Shown here: positions 15,120-27,020 of the stretch, in pieces
Layout of the letters: each line of letters opens with the position of its first letter
How positions within the stretch are numbered: the stretch's first letter is position 1
Source of the DNA: the human T2T-CHM13v2.0 reference genome, Homo sapiens
Reading direction: 5' to 3' (one strand)
Length of the DNA stretch: 64,000 nucleotides
NCBI RefSeq assembly: GCF_009914755.1
Contig: NC_060938.1
Notes under the pieces: model-generated
What the model saw: only the letters and a program-made list of their open reading frames with translations
What the model was told of the DNA's origin: nothing
Databases searched by the model: none
Program-made: the position numbers and the translations under genes

Positions 15120-15360
15120 GTGTTTTAGCAACTATAAAAACTTGGGGTGTTAAATAACTTTAGTGACTCAAATTTGAAACAAAAATGCCTCACTTCTTTT
15201 AAGAAGTCCATTTAATTAAAAAGTTTCATAAATAATTGTGCTGGGGTTTTCTAAGAAAAAAAAAAAAGGATCTTAAGCATATTAGGTGAGTTGCTGAAAC
15301 CCCAAACAACTTGTTACCATTTGCAACTACTTATTAGTGTGAACCAGGATTTTTCTCTCC
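15120..15360 (+). mobile_element. hAT-Charlie DNA transposon remnant with transposase C-terminal motif
   Basis: 15311-15358 translates LLPFATTY*CEPGFFS, resembling the Charlie/Buster dimerisation-domain motif LLPFxTTYLCExGFS; left boundary approximate. Confidence 0.75.
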
Positions 15361-15975
15361 TGTACAGACTCCAAGTCTCAAAGTCTGTATACACTTCTCA
15401 CATGGCTTCATCACCCTGTCATTACCTGTACAGGTGTTGCTTCTGCCTATTAATCTCACTCCCTTGAGGTAAAGGCCATGCAATGTATTCATGCTTATCC
15501 TTTGGTTATTCATTCAGGGATTACAGAATACTGACGGAGCACTTACTATGATGAACTAATGGCAACAAGATGTAGAAGCTTACAGCTTTATAGAAGGATG
15601 AACACATTGTAGCAAACATAATACTGTGCTAAATATGATTAACCAAGTGTGGGAAATGGGGCCCTTCCAGTGATGATTAGGGGAATAGAAATGGGGATAG
15701 ATGAGATCTAACCTTTCCTTGGGAATGAGGGAAGACTCTGAGGGAGGGATCTAAGGCAGACTTGAGGACAAGAAAGAGTTAGCCAGGGATAAGCCATTTA
15801 TGATTTCTCTTTACATTCACTAGCATCTATTACATGCCTGGTATATAGTAGAGGATCACAAATGCTTACTATTCAGATGGATGGGTGGGTGGGGGAGTGA
15901 AAAGATAGATGGATGGATGGATAAGTTGATAAATGAATGGGTGAGAGAATAGATGGGAGAATGGGTGAATGGATG

Positions 15976-16021
<46 letters not shown>

Positions 16022-16031
16022 CAGATAGATA
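15976..16031 (+). repeat. Tetranucleotide STR [GATA]11 GACA [GATA]2 within GGAT/GAAT-rich low-complexity tract (about 15875-16130)
   Basis: Read directly. Confidence 0.95.
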
Positions 16032-16529
16032 ATTGGGTATCTAAATAAATCGGCAGGCAGAAGGATGGGTGAAGAAATGAATGGATGGGAGAATGGATGA
16101 ATGAAAGGATGGGCGGATATATGGATGATGAATCAATTACTAGTCTTGACAGTTTTCAGTGGAGGATATTGCTATTTGAAAAATGATTTTCTGGTTGTTA
16201 TATTATACAAGTCTCAATTACTCCAGGTATTGAGTATTATTCTTGTTAATTTGGACAATGTTTTAATAAAGAAAAGAAAGAAAGGTACTGTTCATTTCAT
16301 AAGCATATTTTGAATCCTGAGTTCTGGATTCATTGCTAAGATACTCAAGGGGCTTGCCTATGGGCAGAATTATTAAAGTGAAAAGTGACAAATGCCATGG
16401 GTACAAGTAGTCATGGAAGAAGGGAAGCTGGAGTCTCTGACTCTCCCAGCCAGATCAGTTCACCTGATGTGGGCTCTCTAGGTACACCTAGGTAACTCTT
16501 TCTCCTTCAGAAGTCTTTTCACAGTTGTG

Positions 16530-16705
16530 TGCTATTATTTTGGTTAGCATCTATCTTTCCTTGTGGATTTTAAGCTCCATGAGGAAAGGAACTGTGTCTG
16601 GTTTTGCTCACTATTTAATTTCCAGGACTTATCACAGTGTCTGAGAGATGATAAGGTTTCAACAAATAAACAATGATTGGTTGATAGAATGAATAAAATA
16701 AATGA
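16530..16705 (+). mobile_element. L2 3' end
   Basis: taagctccatgaggaaaggaactgtgtctggttttgctcact...caacaaataaac...gaatgaataaataaatgaa. Confidence 0.7.
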
Positions 16706-17333
16706 ACAGTTTCCCAGAGCAGATAAGCTGTGTTCTTGAAGGATCAAGAGATCCATTGTTCAGGTTGACAGGGCTGGAAAGGACTTCCCTGGCAGAAGGA
16801 GAGGCAGGAGCAAATATTCAGAGAGAAAAGTCCATACTTAACTCAGGGACATTCAAGCCACTCCTTCTGTCTGGGCCACAAGGACAGAAGAAGCGGGTGA
16901 TGCAGGGGGACAGGCAGGCAGGGTCCAGTGGCCAAGGGCCATTCCTGGGAAGCTGCATGAGGTCCTTTTGAAAACATGGCATGTGTGAGGGGTTTTAGGC
17001 AGGAGAATGAAAGCCATTTCAGCCTTTCCCCCAGGTCCTTCTGGGTACAAAGTGAAAGAAAAATGGAGAAGGGTATCAGATTGTCACAGAGCCCCCCATC
17101 ACAGTAGGGGAGGTCATCCCCTCTTGTGAGAGCTTGGAGAAAAAGCCCTGGACCTCTCCAGGCTTCAGCTGTCCCAGCTGCACGTTGAGAGATTGGACTC
17201 ATCACCTCTGAGGTCCTGCAGCATTAAGCATGCTCGATCTAAAAATGAAAGCCGGCTCTGTTTGGCGATCCCACTAACATCCCCCTGAAGCACCACCCTT
17301 GTGGATAATGGTTCTTTTAAAGCCACTCAGTGC

Positions 17334-17432
17334 TGTATTGACAGAAATTAAATTAGCCATCAGTGCGGGCAATCAGTGGCTATGGGGCTGTTAGAGGTAA
17401 TAAAGGCGATGCTCTCAAACCATAGTCAATTA
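17334..17432 (+). repeat. Dispersed 99-bp element, copy 2
   Basis: Ungapped match to 3206-3304 in the same orientation. Confidence 0.9.
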
Positions 17433-18223
17433 AGCTGTGACACAGCCCTGAGAGGGGACAGCTGCTTTGGATTGGAAGGGTGGCTATGAGACCTGCCTCC
17501 CACCCTGAAGGCACAGGCTCAAACCTCGCCTGGAGGCTGTTGTTTCTAATTGGGACAGGCACCGCAGGGCTGATGTGACTCTGGGGACACTGCCCTTTGG
17601 AGGAAAGCTAAAGGCCAAGTGACTTTAGGGGTTTTGAAATGGACTCCAGAGCCTGGGGGAATAGCAGGGGCCAGACAAGTCTCATAGACTTCCTCCAATC
17701 AAGCAGCCAAGGTCAGCAGGGAAAGCCCTGGCATGGCATCAGGGAGCCTGCTTTGAAACTGCTGCAGTGCCCCCAGTTTGCTAGCACCTTCAGAAATGGT
17801 GGTCACCTCTCTGACCCTCAGGCTCCTTGTCTCCCTGATGAGCATAAAGAAAACTGGGTCACCAGCATGTTTTAATGATTTTGAGATAACTTAAGATGGG
17901 TGCCCAGCTCAGTGGGGGCTCAATGAATGTTACTTTCCTTCCCATAATGAGGGCCAGAGCCAGGCATGGACTCCAGCCCTCTGAGAATAGGCCCAGCGCT
18001 GCTTCTATCCCATCATGCCAGTTCTAGGTCAGAGGCCTGGCCTTCTTTCTTTTCAGTTTTAGGGATGACACACACTCTCTCCATGTCAAGGGAGGCAGTG
18101 GTGGGAAGGGGAGATGCAAGAGCTGAGGCAACTGAAGTCTCAACTCTCTTGTGCCTAGGTATGTGACAGGACACACAAAAGGACTCCTGCGACCCTCAGT
18201 TTTCTCCTTTATTAAAGGGTTTG

Positions 18224-18470
18224 TGATTCTTCCTATCCATGAGGATGGAATGTTTTTCCATTTGTTTGTGCCCTCTCTTATTTCCTTGGGCAGTGGTTTG
18301 TAGTTATCCTTGAAGAGGTCCTTCACATCCCTTGTTAGCTGTATTCCTAAGTATTTTATTCTCTTTGTAGTAATGGTGAATGGGAGTCCATTCATGATTT
18401 GACTCTCTGCTTGTCTATTGTTGGTGTAAAGGAAAGCTTGTGATTTTTGCACATTGATTTTGTATCCTGA
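18224..18470 (-). mobile_element. L1P ORF2 fragment, inverted 5' part
   Basis: ORF 18024-18452(-) contains [75 protein letters not shown], i.e. L1 ORF2p. Confidence 0.95.
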
Positions 18471-18627
18471 ATCAATATCGTAAAAATGGCCATATTGTCC
18501 AAAGTAACTTAAAGATTCAATGCTATTCCCATCAAACTACCATTGACATTCTTCACAGAATCAGAAAAAAACATTTTAAATTTCATAAGGAGTCAAAGAA
18601 GTCCCCATATAGCCAAGGCAATCCTAA
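18471..18627 (+). mobile_element. L1P ORF2 fragment, sense part
   Basis: atcaatatcgtaaaaatggccatattgtccaaagta...ttcaatgctattcccatcaaactacca encodes [21 protein letters not shown], the L1 ORF2p sequence that directly follows WIGR. Confidence 0.92.
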
Positions 18628-18644
18628 TTTGGGCAAAATATCAT

Positions 18645-18948
18645 TGTTATTATTATTATTATTGAAGACAGTGCCTTACTCAGTCATCCAGGATGGAGTG
18701 TAGTGGTGTGGTCACAGCTCACTGCAGTCTCAAATTCTTGGGCTGAAGCAATTCTTCTGCCTTAGCCTCCTGAGTAGCTAGGACTACAGACATGAGCCAC
18801 TGCACTCAGATAATTTTTTAAATATATTTTGAAGAGACAGAATCTTGCTATGTTGCCAAGTCTGGTCTAGAACTCTTGGGCTTAAGTGATCCTCCTGCCT
18901 TGGCCTCCCAAAATACTGGGTTACAGGTATGAACCACTGTGCCCCACC
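18645..18948 (-). mobile_element. AluJ
   Basis: Diverged dimer (cacagctcactgcagtctcaaattcttgggctgaagc); (TTA)n tail; degenerate TSD caaaatatcatt/caagatattatt. Confidence 0.9.
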
Positions 18949-18999
18949 AACAAGATATTATTAATGCCTCTCTTCCACCACTAGAAGATAATAGCCAAG

Positions 19000-19205
19000 A
19001 TAATAATAATGATAATAATATTAATATGAATAGTGATTACTATGGGCCAGGCACTATTCTAAATTCTTTAGATGTGTTAGCTTCTTTAATTCTTGCAATA
19101 GAGAGTTACTATTATTATGCACACTTTACAGTACAGGAAATTTGCTGAAAATTGCACGAATAGTAAGTAGCAGAGTAAGGCAGAGTCTGTGCTCTGAATC
19201 ATCAC
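19000..19205 (-). mobile_element. MIR SINE
   Basis: tactatgggccaggcactattctaaat...tattattatgcacactttacagtacaggaaa. Confidence 0.7.
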
Positions 19206-19374
19206 AGTTTTCTATCTCATTGAAGACCTCACATCATGCACCTGCACACTCATGCACACACATATGCCTGCCTCCGGGATGCCTCCTGGATGCCCTGGGT
19301 GTGGTTCACCCTTGCTTTCTGGTTGCTTCCACCTCCTTCAGAAGCACAAGGCACAAAGGCGGCATGGCAGGAGT

Positions 19375-19580
19375 TACAATCATCGGGCTTGGGTCTTGAC
19401 TCAGCCATAGCGCACGTGTGTGATCTTGGGCAAGTTATTTATCATCTCTGAGTCTTGGTTTCACCATGTGAAAAAATGAGGTTGCTAACAGTTGTTGTGA
19501 GCATTATATAAAATTAAATGCAAAGGCTGCACAGGGCACAGTGTCTAGTGCATAGGAAACCCTCTGTAGATGGTAGTAAT
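19375..19580 (+). mobile_element. MIR SINE
   Basis: tgtgtgatcttgggcaagttatttatcatctctgagtcttggtttcaccatgtgaaaaaatgagg. Confidence 0.75.
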
Positions 19581-21371
19581 TGTCAGGATGCTGTCGGTGT
19601 TGTTGCAATTTCCACACAGTACACCATTGAAGCTTCATTCAAATATTTGCCCTCAGGACCTAGGATAAGACCTAGCCTTTAGCAGCCACTTAATTAAAGG
19701 TTTGCTGGATGGAATTTAATATGCCTTGGTGAACTCAAGGAATCTTTTAACGCCTCATTCAAGGCATATGACCATTCTTTTCAAAAGACAAGCTTGGGTT
19801 GGTAGTTTCCTTTATAAATGAATGTTAACAACAGTTGAAAATATGTGTTCAATATATTTTTTGTGCTGCCAGTCTTAGTCATCTTTTAATTAAAAGTACT
19901 TTTTATTGAATGTTAAACTGTCAAGATTGTCTTTGTGTGAGGAGTGGGGAGGTTGCTATGGAGAGGATCATGTTGCTATGTGACTCTTGTGTCAGAACCG
20001 GAATCAAAATGGTAATGGTCATGTCAATTCTGATATATAAAAAAAGGATCCTCAACAGCTTCATTAAAGAGGGGAACTTTTATTTCTTCCTTTCTTGTCA
20101 TTGTGCCAAGCATAACAGAAGGGGAAATATTGAATTTTGTAAAGAGGCAGACAATGGGGCCAGCTGCGTGCACTGTCAATGGCGAGAAAGTTCACACCAG
20201 TTTGCTGGAAGAGTCATGGATGGTCCCTTTTCTCCAGATTGGCTGCTCCATGGGAGGACTTTTTAATTTTATTTTTTATTTATCTCATTTTTCATTTTTA
20301 AACAATTTCTTCTTGTTGGAATGTGAGATCATTTTGGCTTTGAGCCAACATCTCAGATGAGTTAGAGACAATGTCCTTCAGACCTCCCTGTTGGACTCAG
20401 CCTGCCTAAGCTCAGGCTCAAGGTGTTGTTCATGTCCCGTAGACTCTAAAGAAGTGTAGACTCACCTTAAGTGTTCCTAGCCAGCTCAGCTCTGGACGGC
20501 ACAAGAACCTTGCCTCCAGCATTTGAACTTTTATTTTGAACAGGCAGATGGACAGATGTGATCACAGCTATGTTCCAGGGCCCTTTGCTCTGCCAAGAAC
20601 CTGGGCATCCCTCTTACTTTCCAGTCAGTGCATCTTTGCTGACACTCTTCCCTTCCCCAGAAACACCCTTCCTTCTCTGTGTCTCTCGCTTATTCTTTTT
20701 TTTTTTTCTTCATCAAAATCCAGCTTTAGCTTTTAATTATTCTTTGAAGCCAAGCATAATGGTCAAGTGCATAGGCTCTCGAGGCAGAAACATGATCGAG
20801 TTTGCACCGCCATGGACTAGCTGAGGGATGTGGGTAAATTCAGCAACCTGTCTGTGCCGGGATGTCCTAAGTTCCTATGAAAGAAGGTGGGGTTGTAATC
20901 TTTTTTTTCTCATTTCCTGGTCCAGCAGGCCTCAGCTCATGCGCTGTAGATCTCTGAGTGCTGTCAGTTTTTGTTACTACAGTTTCTCAGGTGTGGGTTT
21001 TTACTAGCAAGAGAACCAGAGACTAGGTCAACAGGTCAACTGGTGTCATGTATGGGAAGATAGTTTTTGGTCTGAAAACTGGCCTTCAATGGGACCACAT
21101 CTGAAAGAGCCTTCTCTCTTTTGAAGAGTATTTTGTTTTACGTTTACTTCCCAGAACACCAGCATCTCCTGGTTCAAATCACTGGAAACACTATTTTTTT
21201 CCAATGGTTTATAATCATGTTTCTGTACTGACTGGCTGAATGGTTAGCTAATCAAGTACAATTTTACTAAGCTCTTACTGTATATTGAGCACACATGTAG
21301 ACCTTGTAGGCTACAAAATGAACGTAAAAATGGGTTCTACATATTTTGGAACTTAAGCCCAGCAGGGCAGA

Positions 21372-21795
21372 TATTATGGATTGAATTGTGTGCTCCTCAA
21401 AAATGTTTTAGTCCTGACCCCTGGTAACGGAGAATATAAATTATTTGGAAATAGTCTTTGCAGATGATCAGGTTAAGATAACATCATCAGGGACCTAATT
21501 GAATATGACTTGTGTCCTTATAAAAAGACACACAGACACATGCATATTGCAAGAAGTCACATGCAGATGAAGGCAGAGCTCTGGGTGATGCGTCTACAGG
21601 CCAAGAAACACCCAAAATTGCCAGTGACCACCAGAAGCTGGGAGAGAGGCCTGGCGCAGATCCTCCCCCACAGCCTCAGAAGGAGCCAATGCTGTAGACA
21701 CCTGGATCTCAGACTTCTAGCCTCCGGGACCGTGGGAAAAAAAACTCCGTATTGTTTCAGCCACTCAGTTTGTTATACCAGCCCTAAGAGACGGA
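21372..21795 (+). mobile_element. MLT1B-like solo LTR
   Basis: tattatggattgaattgtgt...gatgaaggcagag...ccaccagaagctgggagagaggcctgg...cacagcctcagaaggagcc. Confidence 0.85.
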
Positions 21796-21961
21796 GCCAG
21801 GAGATAAGACTGTTAGCACAGCAAATCCTGATGTAAGGTGGCAAGTTGATTCCACCTCATGGAATCAAGTGTTCTGAGAGGAGGTGAGGCAACAGATGGC
21901 CCCCAGGGAGGCTTCCTAGAGGAGGTGACAACATACTGGGCTTCGAAAGTTGGATAGGATT

Positions 21962-22331
21962 TGTGGAGTCCAAATAAGATAAGTAAGCAACAATGAGGAA
22001 AGGGCCCTAAGTTGGGGAGGGCCCCAAGGTGGGGAGGGCCCTAGGTCATGGAGAACAAGGAAGAATTGTGAGAAATGGCTAATCAAAAACAAAGATCTCC
22101 TTCTGCAGGCACAATGACCTTGTTCCACAGGCAGCCCCCTCCAGCATGACCCTATAAAACTTCCCTCCAGCCCTTGCCTCTTTGCAGACAGCCCCTTCTC
22201 TGCTGGGCTGCCTGTTGCAACCTTGCAACATATTTTCATACTTTCTCTAATAAATCTGCCTTTCTTTACCTATGACTGTCTTAGTAAATTCCTTTACTGC
22301 CCAGGAAACTGGCCCTATTACACCTGCAACA
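21962..22331 (+). mobile_element. ERV solo LTR (tentatively MER93-like)
   Basis: TG...CA termini (tgtggagtcc ... gcaaca), degenerate TSD ggatt/gtatt, TATA-like cctataaaac near 22152 and aataaa near 22249; family name from memory. Confidence 0.75.
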
Positions 22332-22909
22332 GTATTGAGATCTGTAGAGATGATGGATGGGGTTGAGTAGGATGGGGAAAAAACTTGAGAAAAATGGTAG
22401 CACTAAGGATGTCTGTGACTAGGCCTTTTAGTATTTTTTTTTTTAGATGAAATTGCCTTCTTCCAAATTTATTTGTCAAATTAAGTGCTGGTGCCTCATC
22501 ATAAAAGAAACTGCCCCTTTTCACCCTTGAGATTCCCTGATGTAAATGAGGACTGCCTTCCTGTGGGAGGTTTTGATTTGGAAAGGGATGCTGTTGCAAC
22601 AAAAAGGTGATGGCATGTGCAGACATCTCAGGGCCAAATCCATGGACTTGTCAGTTCCTCTAGAAATTCTACTTTGGTAAGAATTATTGGAGATTTGAGC
22701 TGACAGGGGACAATCTTCTGCAACTAAATGTTTCCGTGGCTTGTTCTCACCAGGGACAACATCCACTGCCCCGCACTTCAGGATAGAAGCTTCTGAAGAG
22801 ATCTCCAAATGCCAGCTTGTTTGAATTATTAAATGTTAAAATCATTGCATGTGTGTTGGGGGTGGGTTGGGGTTAAAGGATTCTCCGTATAATTCTAAAA
22901 AACAAAGAG

Positions 22910-23060
22910 CCAATATTGGTTCATTCATTGTGATAAATGTACCACGCTAATTTTATAATGTTACAGATGGGATATGGGGTATCCAGGAACTTTCCTCACT
23001 ATCTGTGCAATTTTTCTATAAATCTACATCTTTTCTAAAATACAAATTTCATTTTAAAAA
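22910..23060 (+). mobile_element. Old L1 (L1MC-like) 3' end
   Basis: caatattggttcattcattgtgataaatgtaccac...tatctgtgcaatttttctataaatcta. Confidence 0.75.
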
Positions 23061-23179
23061 GCCAAAGGGTGCACAGATTATCACCTCATCCCCACTTCCC
23101 ACCCACACCTACCCTTCAGCCAAGCCCTAGTGCCCTCCAGCCTTCCATCGTGTGAGGTCTGGTTTATCTGGGTAATTCT

Positions 23180-23590
23180 GCCATGTGCTTGAAGGCCGTG
23201 CTGTTGGTGTCAGTTACCTGCATGCTTACCTGTGCAGGCTGTGAGTGTGTGAGTGGCATGTCTCTATATTATGCTGGTTACGTTCATTGTGCCTATTTGG
23301 TTGCAATCACTTCTGTGTTCCAGGCCATTGTGTGGTTACGCACAGGGAGACAAATGTTCTCATGTGTAGAAATGCATGCCAGCGTGCTGGGGTGCTTTCG
23401 GGGTTGTGTGTGGTGCTGTATACTAGGGGTGCAAGCTTAGTCTTGTGTGTGCTTATGCATGAAATGTGTGTGTTCCCTGTGTCTGTGTGCAGGGTGAGTG
23501 GGAGTGGAGAGGGTGTGCAGAATGTTGCCAATGTGCATGTTTGGATGTGTCTGTGGGCTCTGTGGGCTTGGTGTGTGTGTGTGTTTGTGT
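23180..23590 (+). repeat. Degenerate TG-rich low-complexity tract
   Basis: Many tgtg/gtgc runs, ending in (TG)n. Confidence 0.7.
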
Positions 23591-24182
23591 TAGAAAGATG
23601 TTAGTCCATTCCTAGGCTTAGCTTATGTCCTTCAGAGCATCACACTCCCATTTTCCAAATGGTTCCAAGCTTCTTCTAAACTGAAAATTACAATTTCATC
23701 TTTCCCCTCTTGCTCACCCTTTTGGCTTCTGCATTCCCTTTTCCCCTCTCCTGTCCATGACATCATCCAAACCCTCAATGAAAAAAAGAGGAAATTTTAA
23801 AAAATGCCTTCCCTGGCAACCGAAATACCTTTAAGTGTAGCGTAATTACCACCACTCTGCCCCCTTCCCTCCCCCGCTGGGACAATTCCACCAACCCTAC
23901 AACATACACTTAAATCTTCAACTTCTCAGAGACACTACACGCAGATGGGAAAGACTTGATTAAAATTACAGTGCTTTAGGTTCAACTTCACCTATTAAGA
24001 AAAAAAAAATCAGATCGGGTGCTGGACTTTTTTTCCCCTTCCCAGAGAAATAACTAGGCCACGGTAATTACTCAGGGCCCCGCTGCGTGCCCTCAATGGC
24101 TCCCTGGCGATATTTTCCTGCTACCTGTCTTTGTAGAGATGTTGACATCAACATGAATGATAACGGTGCCAGCACGAGGTGC

Positions 24183-24302
24183 TCCTCTCCCTTCCTTTCT
24201 CTCTTCCTCTCCCTCTTTTTTCCTTTCTCTTTCTCTCTCTCTTTCTCCTTCTCTCTTTTTTGCCTTCTTTTCTTTCCTTTTTCTTTCTTTCTTTCTTCTT
24301 TC
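24183..24302 (+). repeat. Polypyrimidine (CT/CTTT) tract, about 120 bp
   Basis: Almost purine-free stretch read directly. Confidence 0.9.
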
Positions 24303-24724
24303 ATAGGTTCATTTTTTCTAAGTCTTCCAAAAGGAAAGGAGAGTTGGAAAGAAAAGCAGGTGCATTCTCCGTCCCCATGGTGATTGGAGTCTTCGTGTGC
24401 CTGTGGAGGAAGCTCTCCTGCCTTGCCGTCGCTTTCTTGTGCCTCTGAGGCTGCTCCCTGAAGCGGGGTGCAGGCCAGCCTGGGGCTGAAATGTCCCCTC
24501 CCCCAGCCTCAGGGCTACAGTGCCCTCCTCCTCCAGGAAGTCTTCGTGCAGGCCCCTCACTCCCGGAACTCCCTCGGAGCTTTCAGGATCCCTGTGTGCC
24601 TGTGGGATAGCACTCCGGGCTGTTATTCAGTTATTTCTGAGCATGTCTTCTCTCTGGCCTGATAGCTCTCCCAGGTCAGACATTCCTACCGTTCATTTCC
24701 GAATCCCCCTGTTGTCTGCACACA

Positions 24725-24975
24725 GTGGGGCCAAATTCTACACTTAGGTTCAGGAAGCACAGTGTCCAGGGCCTACAGTATTTTTTGGGAACCACAAACA
24801 TGTTTCAGTTTTTTAAAAATAAAAAGGAAAAATCATATTATAATACTAATGAATAATATAAAAACTAGTAATATAATACAAATACTGTCCTAACATATAT
24901 TTTTCAGTATTTTTTTCTGATGGAGGAAGGGGCTCAGGGAAGCAAAAGTGTCTAAGGCCCAGAAATATCCCGTCA
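24725..24975 (+). mobile_element. hAT-Tip100 non-autonomous element (ORSL-like)
   Basis: gcacagtgtccagggcctacagta...AT-rich centre...atggaggaaggggctcagggaagcaaaagtgtctaaggccc. Confidence 0.65.
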
Positions 24976-25040
24976 GCGTTTGCGGACCAGCTGTGCGCAC
25001 ACCGTCTCTCAGAATTGGTCTTCCAGAGCAGGCTTTGCTG

Positions 25041-25130
25041 CCTAATCAGGACCCTCCACACAGGCTGCAGAAGGTTTCTCCGCACCCAATCAGAACCCTC
25101 CACACAGGCTTCAGACGCTTTCTCCACACA
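25041..25130 (+). repeat. Two-copy 44-bp tandem duplication
   Basis: aatcaggaccctccacacaggctgcagaaggtttctccgcac versus aatcagaaccctccacacaggcttcagacgctttctccacac, offset 44. Confidence 0.9.
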
Positions 25131-26392
25131 GGACCAACCCACCAGAACTGACAGCAGATTAGACCTAGTTCACATCTTTTGGTCTGTGAAGATTCATTTC
25201 TTTCATTATTTCAGACTCAGCTGATCAGCTTTGGTTTGATGTTGCATTTGAAAGACAAGAAGAAGCTGGGACAATTCCGGGTCTGGGGTCAGGAAATGTG
25301 TGTCCCAGGCCTGGGGCTGCGGCTGGCCTGCCTGTGAGCCTGGGGGCGGCACTTTGTCTCTCTGGGCGTCAGTTTCCTCATCTGTGGAATGGGCACCATT
25401 GCCTCATGTTTCACTCCATGTTACTCTGTGGGTTGGGCTAGAGGAGCATAAGAGGCCCTCACTTAGCACCAGCAATGGCTTCTTCATGATTTGTCAAAAT
25501 GCAAGCTGTGGGGACAACTCACAGTGGAATCAGGAGAAAAGTTCAGCGAACAGAACCTGAGAGAAATGTGACCACCCCGTCTTGGTTCCTGCCTCTCCTG
25601 GCTGACGTACCACTGGCCTCCTTGGCTGGACCAAGGAGGACCAGACAGCCCGGTGGCCCCTGACTCCCAAGAAAGCTGGCTTGGTGAACACTAGCCTCCC
25701 TATTTACAGGGTGCAGGCCAGGATTCCACATGACGAAGAGAAAGATGATCATAGCACACGGGAACACCAGCTGCGCTATCCTCCTTGTGGGCCTCTGACT
25801 GGCTGTGCGGCCGTGGAGAAGTTGCTTGTCTTCTCTGATTCTCAGCCTCTTTATTCACTGACTTGTTCAACAGATGAATACTGAGCACTGGACTGGGCCT
25901 CCAGGGAGGTGGCACTAAGTCAGTTCTCCAGCAAGCAGAGCTCGGTGGGTGGCTGGGGTCATATTCAGCTCTGAACTCCACGGTTCAGTGCGTGCCTCTA
26001 ACCCCAGGAAGCTCTGATTTTCTCCAGACGGGCCAAGGTTGGTTTTCCTCTCCTCTCATTGCCTGGAGCGCTCTCTCTGCTTTCTCAGCATGAATTTCAA
26101 ATGTCAAGCTCCTGAAGTTGCATTATGTACACCACTTGCATTTGGGTTAGAAAATGAGCCCAATTAACACAGTGGTGTTTAGCTGGGAGAAGGGAGGCTG
26201 ATTTGCTGATTGTTGGCAGCTCCAGGCTGGTGAAGGGCACTCGGATGAGAGAGAGCCAAAGAGCCTCTCTTCTTCTGAGCAGGACCAGGTGGAATGGCCC
26301 GGACGTCTCAGGAGGTTAAGGCAGCCTCACCCAACAGCAATTACTTGATGAAAACCTTCTCAGGGGTCTGGAGAACAAAATTTGAAAAATCA

Positions 26393-26734
<342 letters not shown>

Positions 26735-26859
26735 TCATGATTTATCTCCAGTTTCCACCCGTTTTTCTTGCTTTCCAATGAGGTCTGATTAATGACCCAT
26801 CTTTATCCAGCAGGCAAAGAGATAAAAATTGATGATGAGTGGAAGGCAAATGATGTTAA

Positions 26860-27020
26860 TTGAACATTATCTCAGATCCTCCTAGCCATTTTCTGGGTTA
26901 GGTGGACATTATGATCCTTATTTTAGAGAAAAAGAAATGGAAACAGAGAGGTTAAGTGACTCACCCATGGTCACACAGCCCTGAAATGGCTGAGCTTAAC
27001 TTCAAACCCAGGAAGGTCTA
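26860..27020 (-). mobile_element. MIR SINE
   Basis: cagagaggttaagtgactcacccatggtcacacagc...ttcaaacccagg. Confidence 0.75.

Noticed and set aside
18024-18452. 142-aa ORF
   Set aside because: L1 ORF2 fragment reading through into flanking DNA
24068-24448. K/E/R-rich and F/S/L-rich ORFs (also 4995-5244 and 55679-56041)
   Set aside because: Translations of polypurine/polypyrimidine low-complexity tracts
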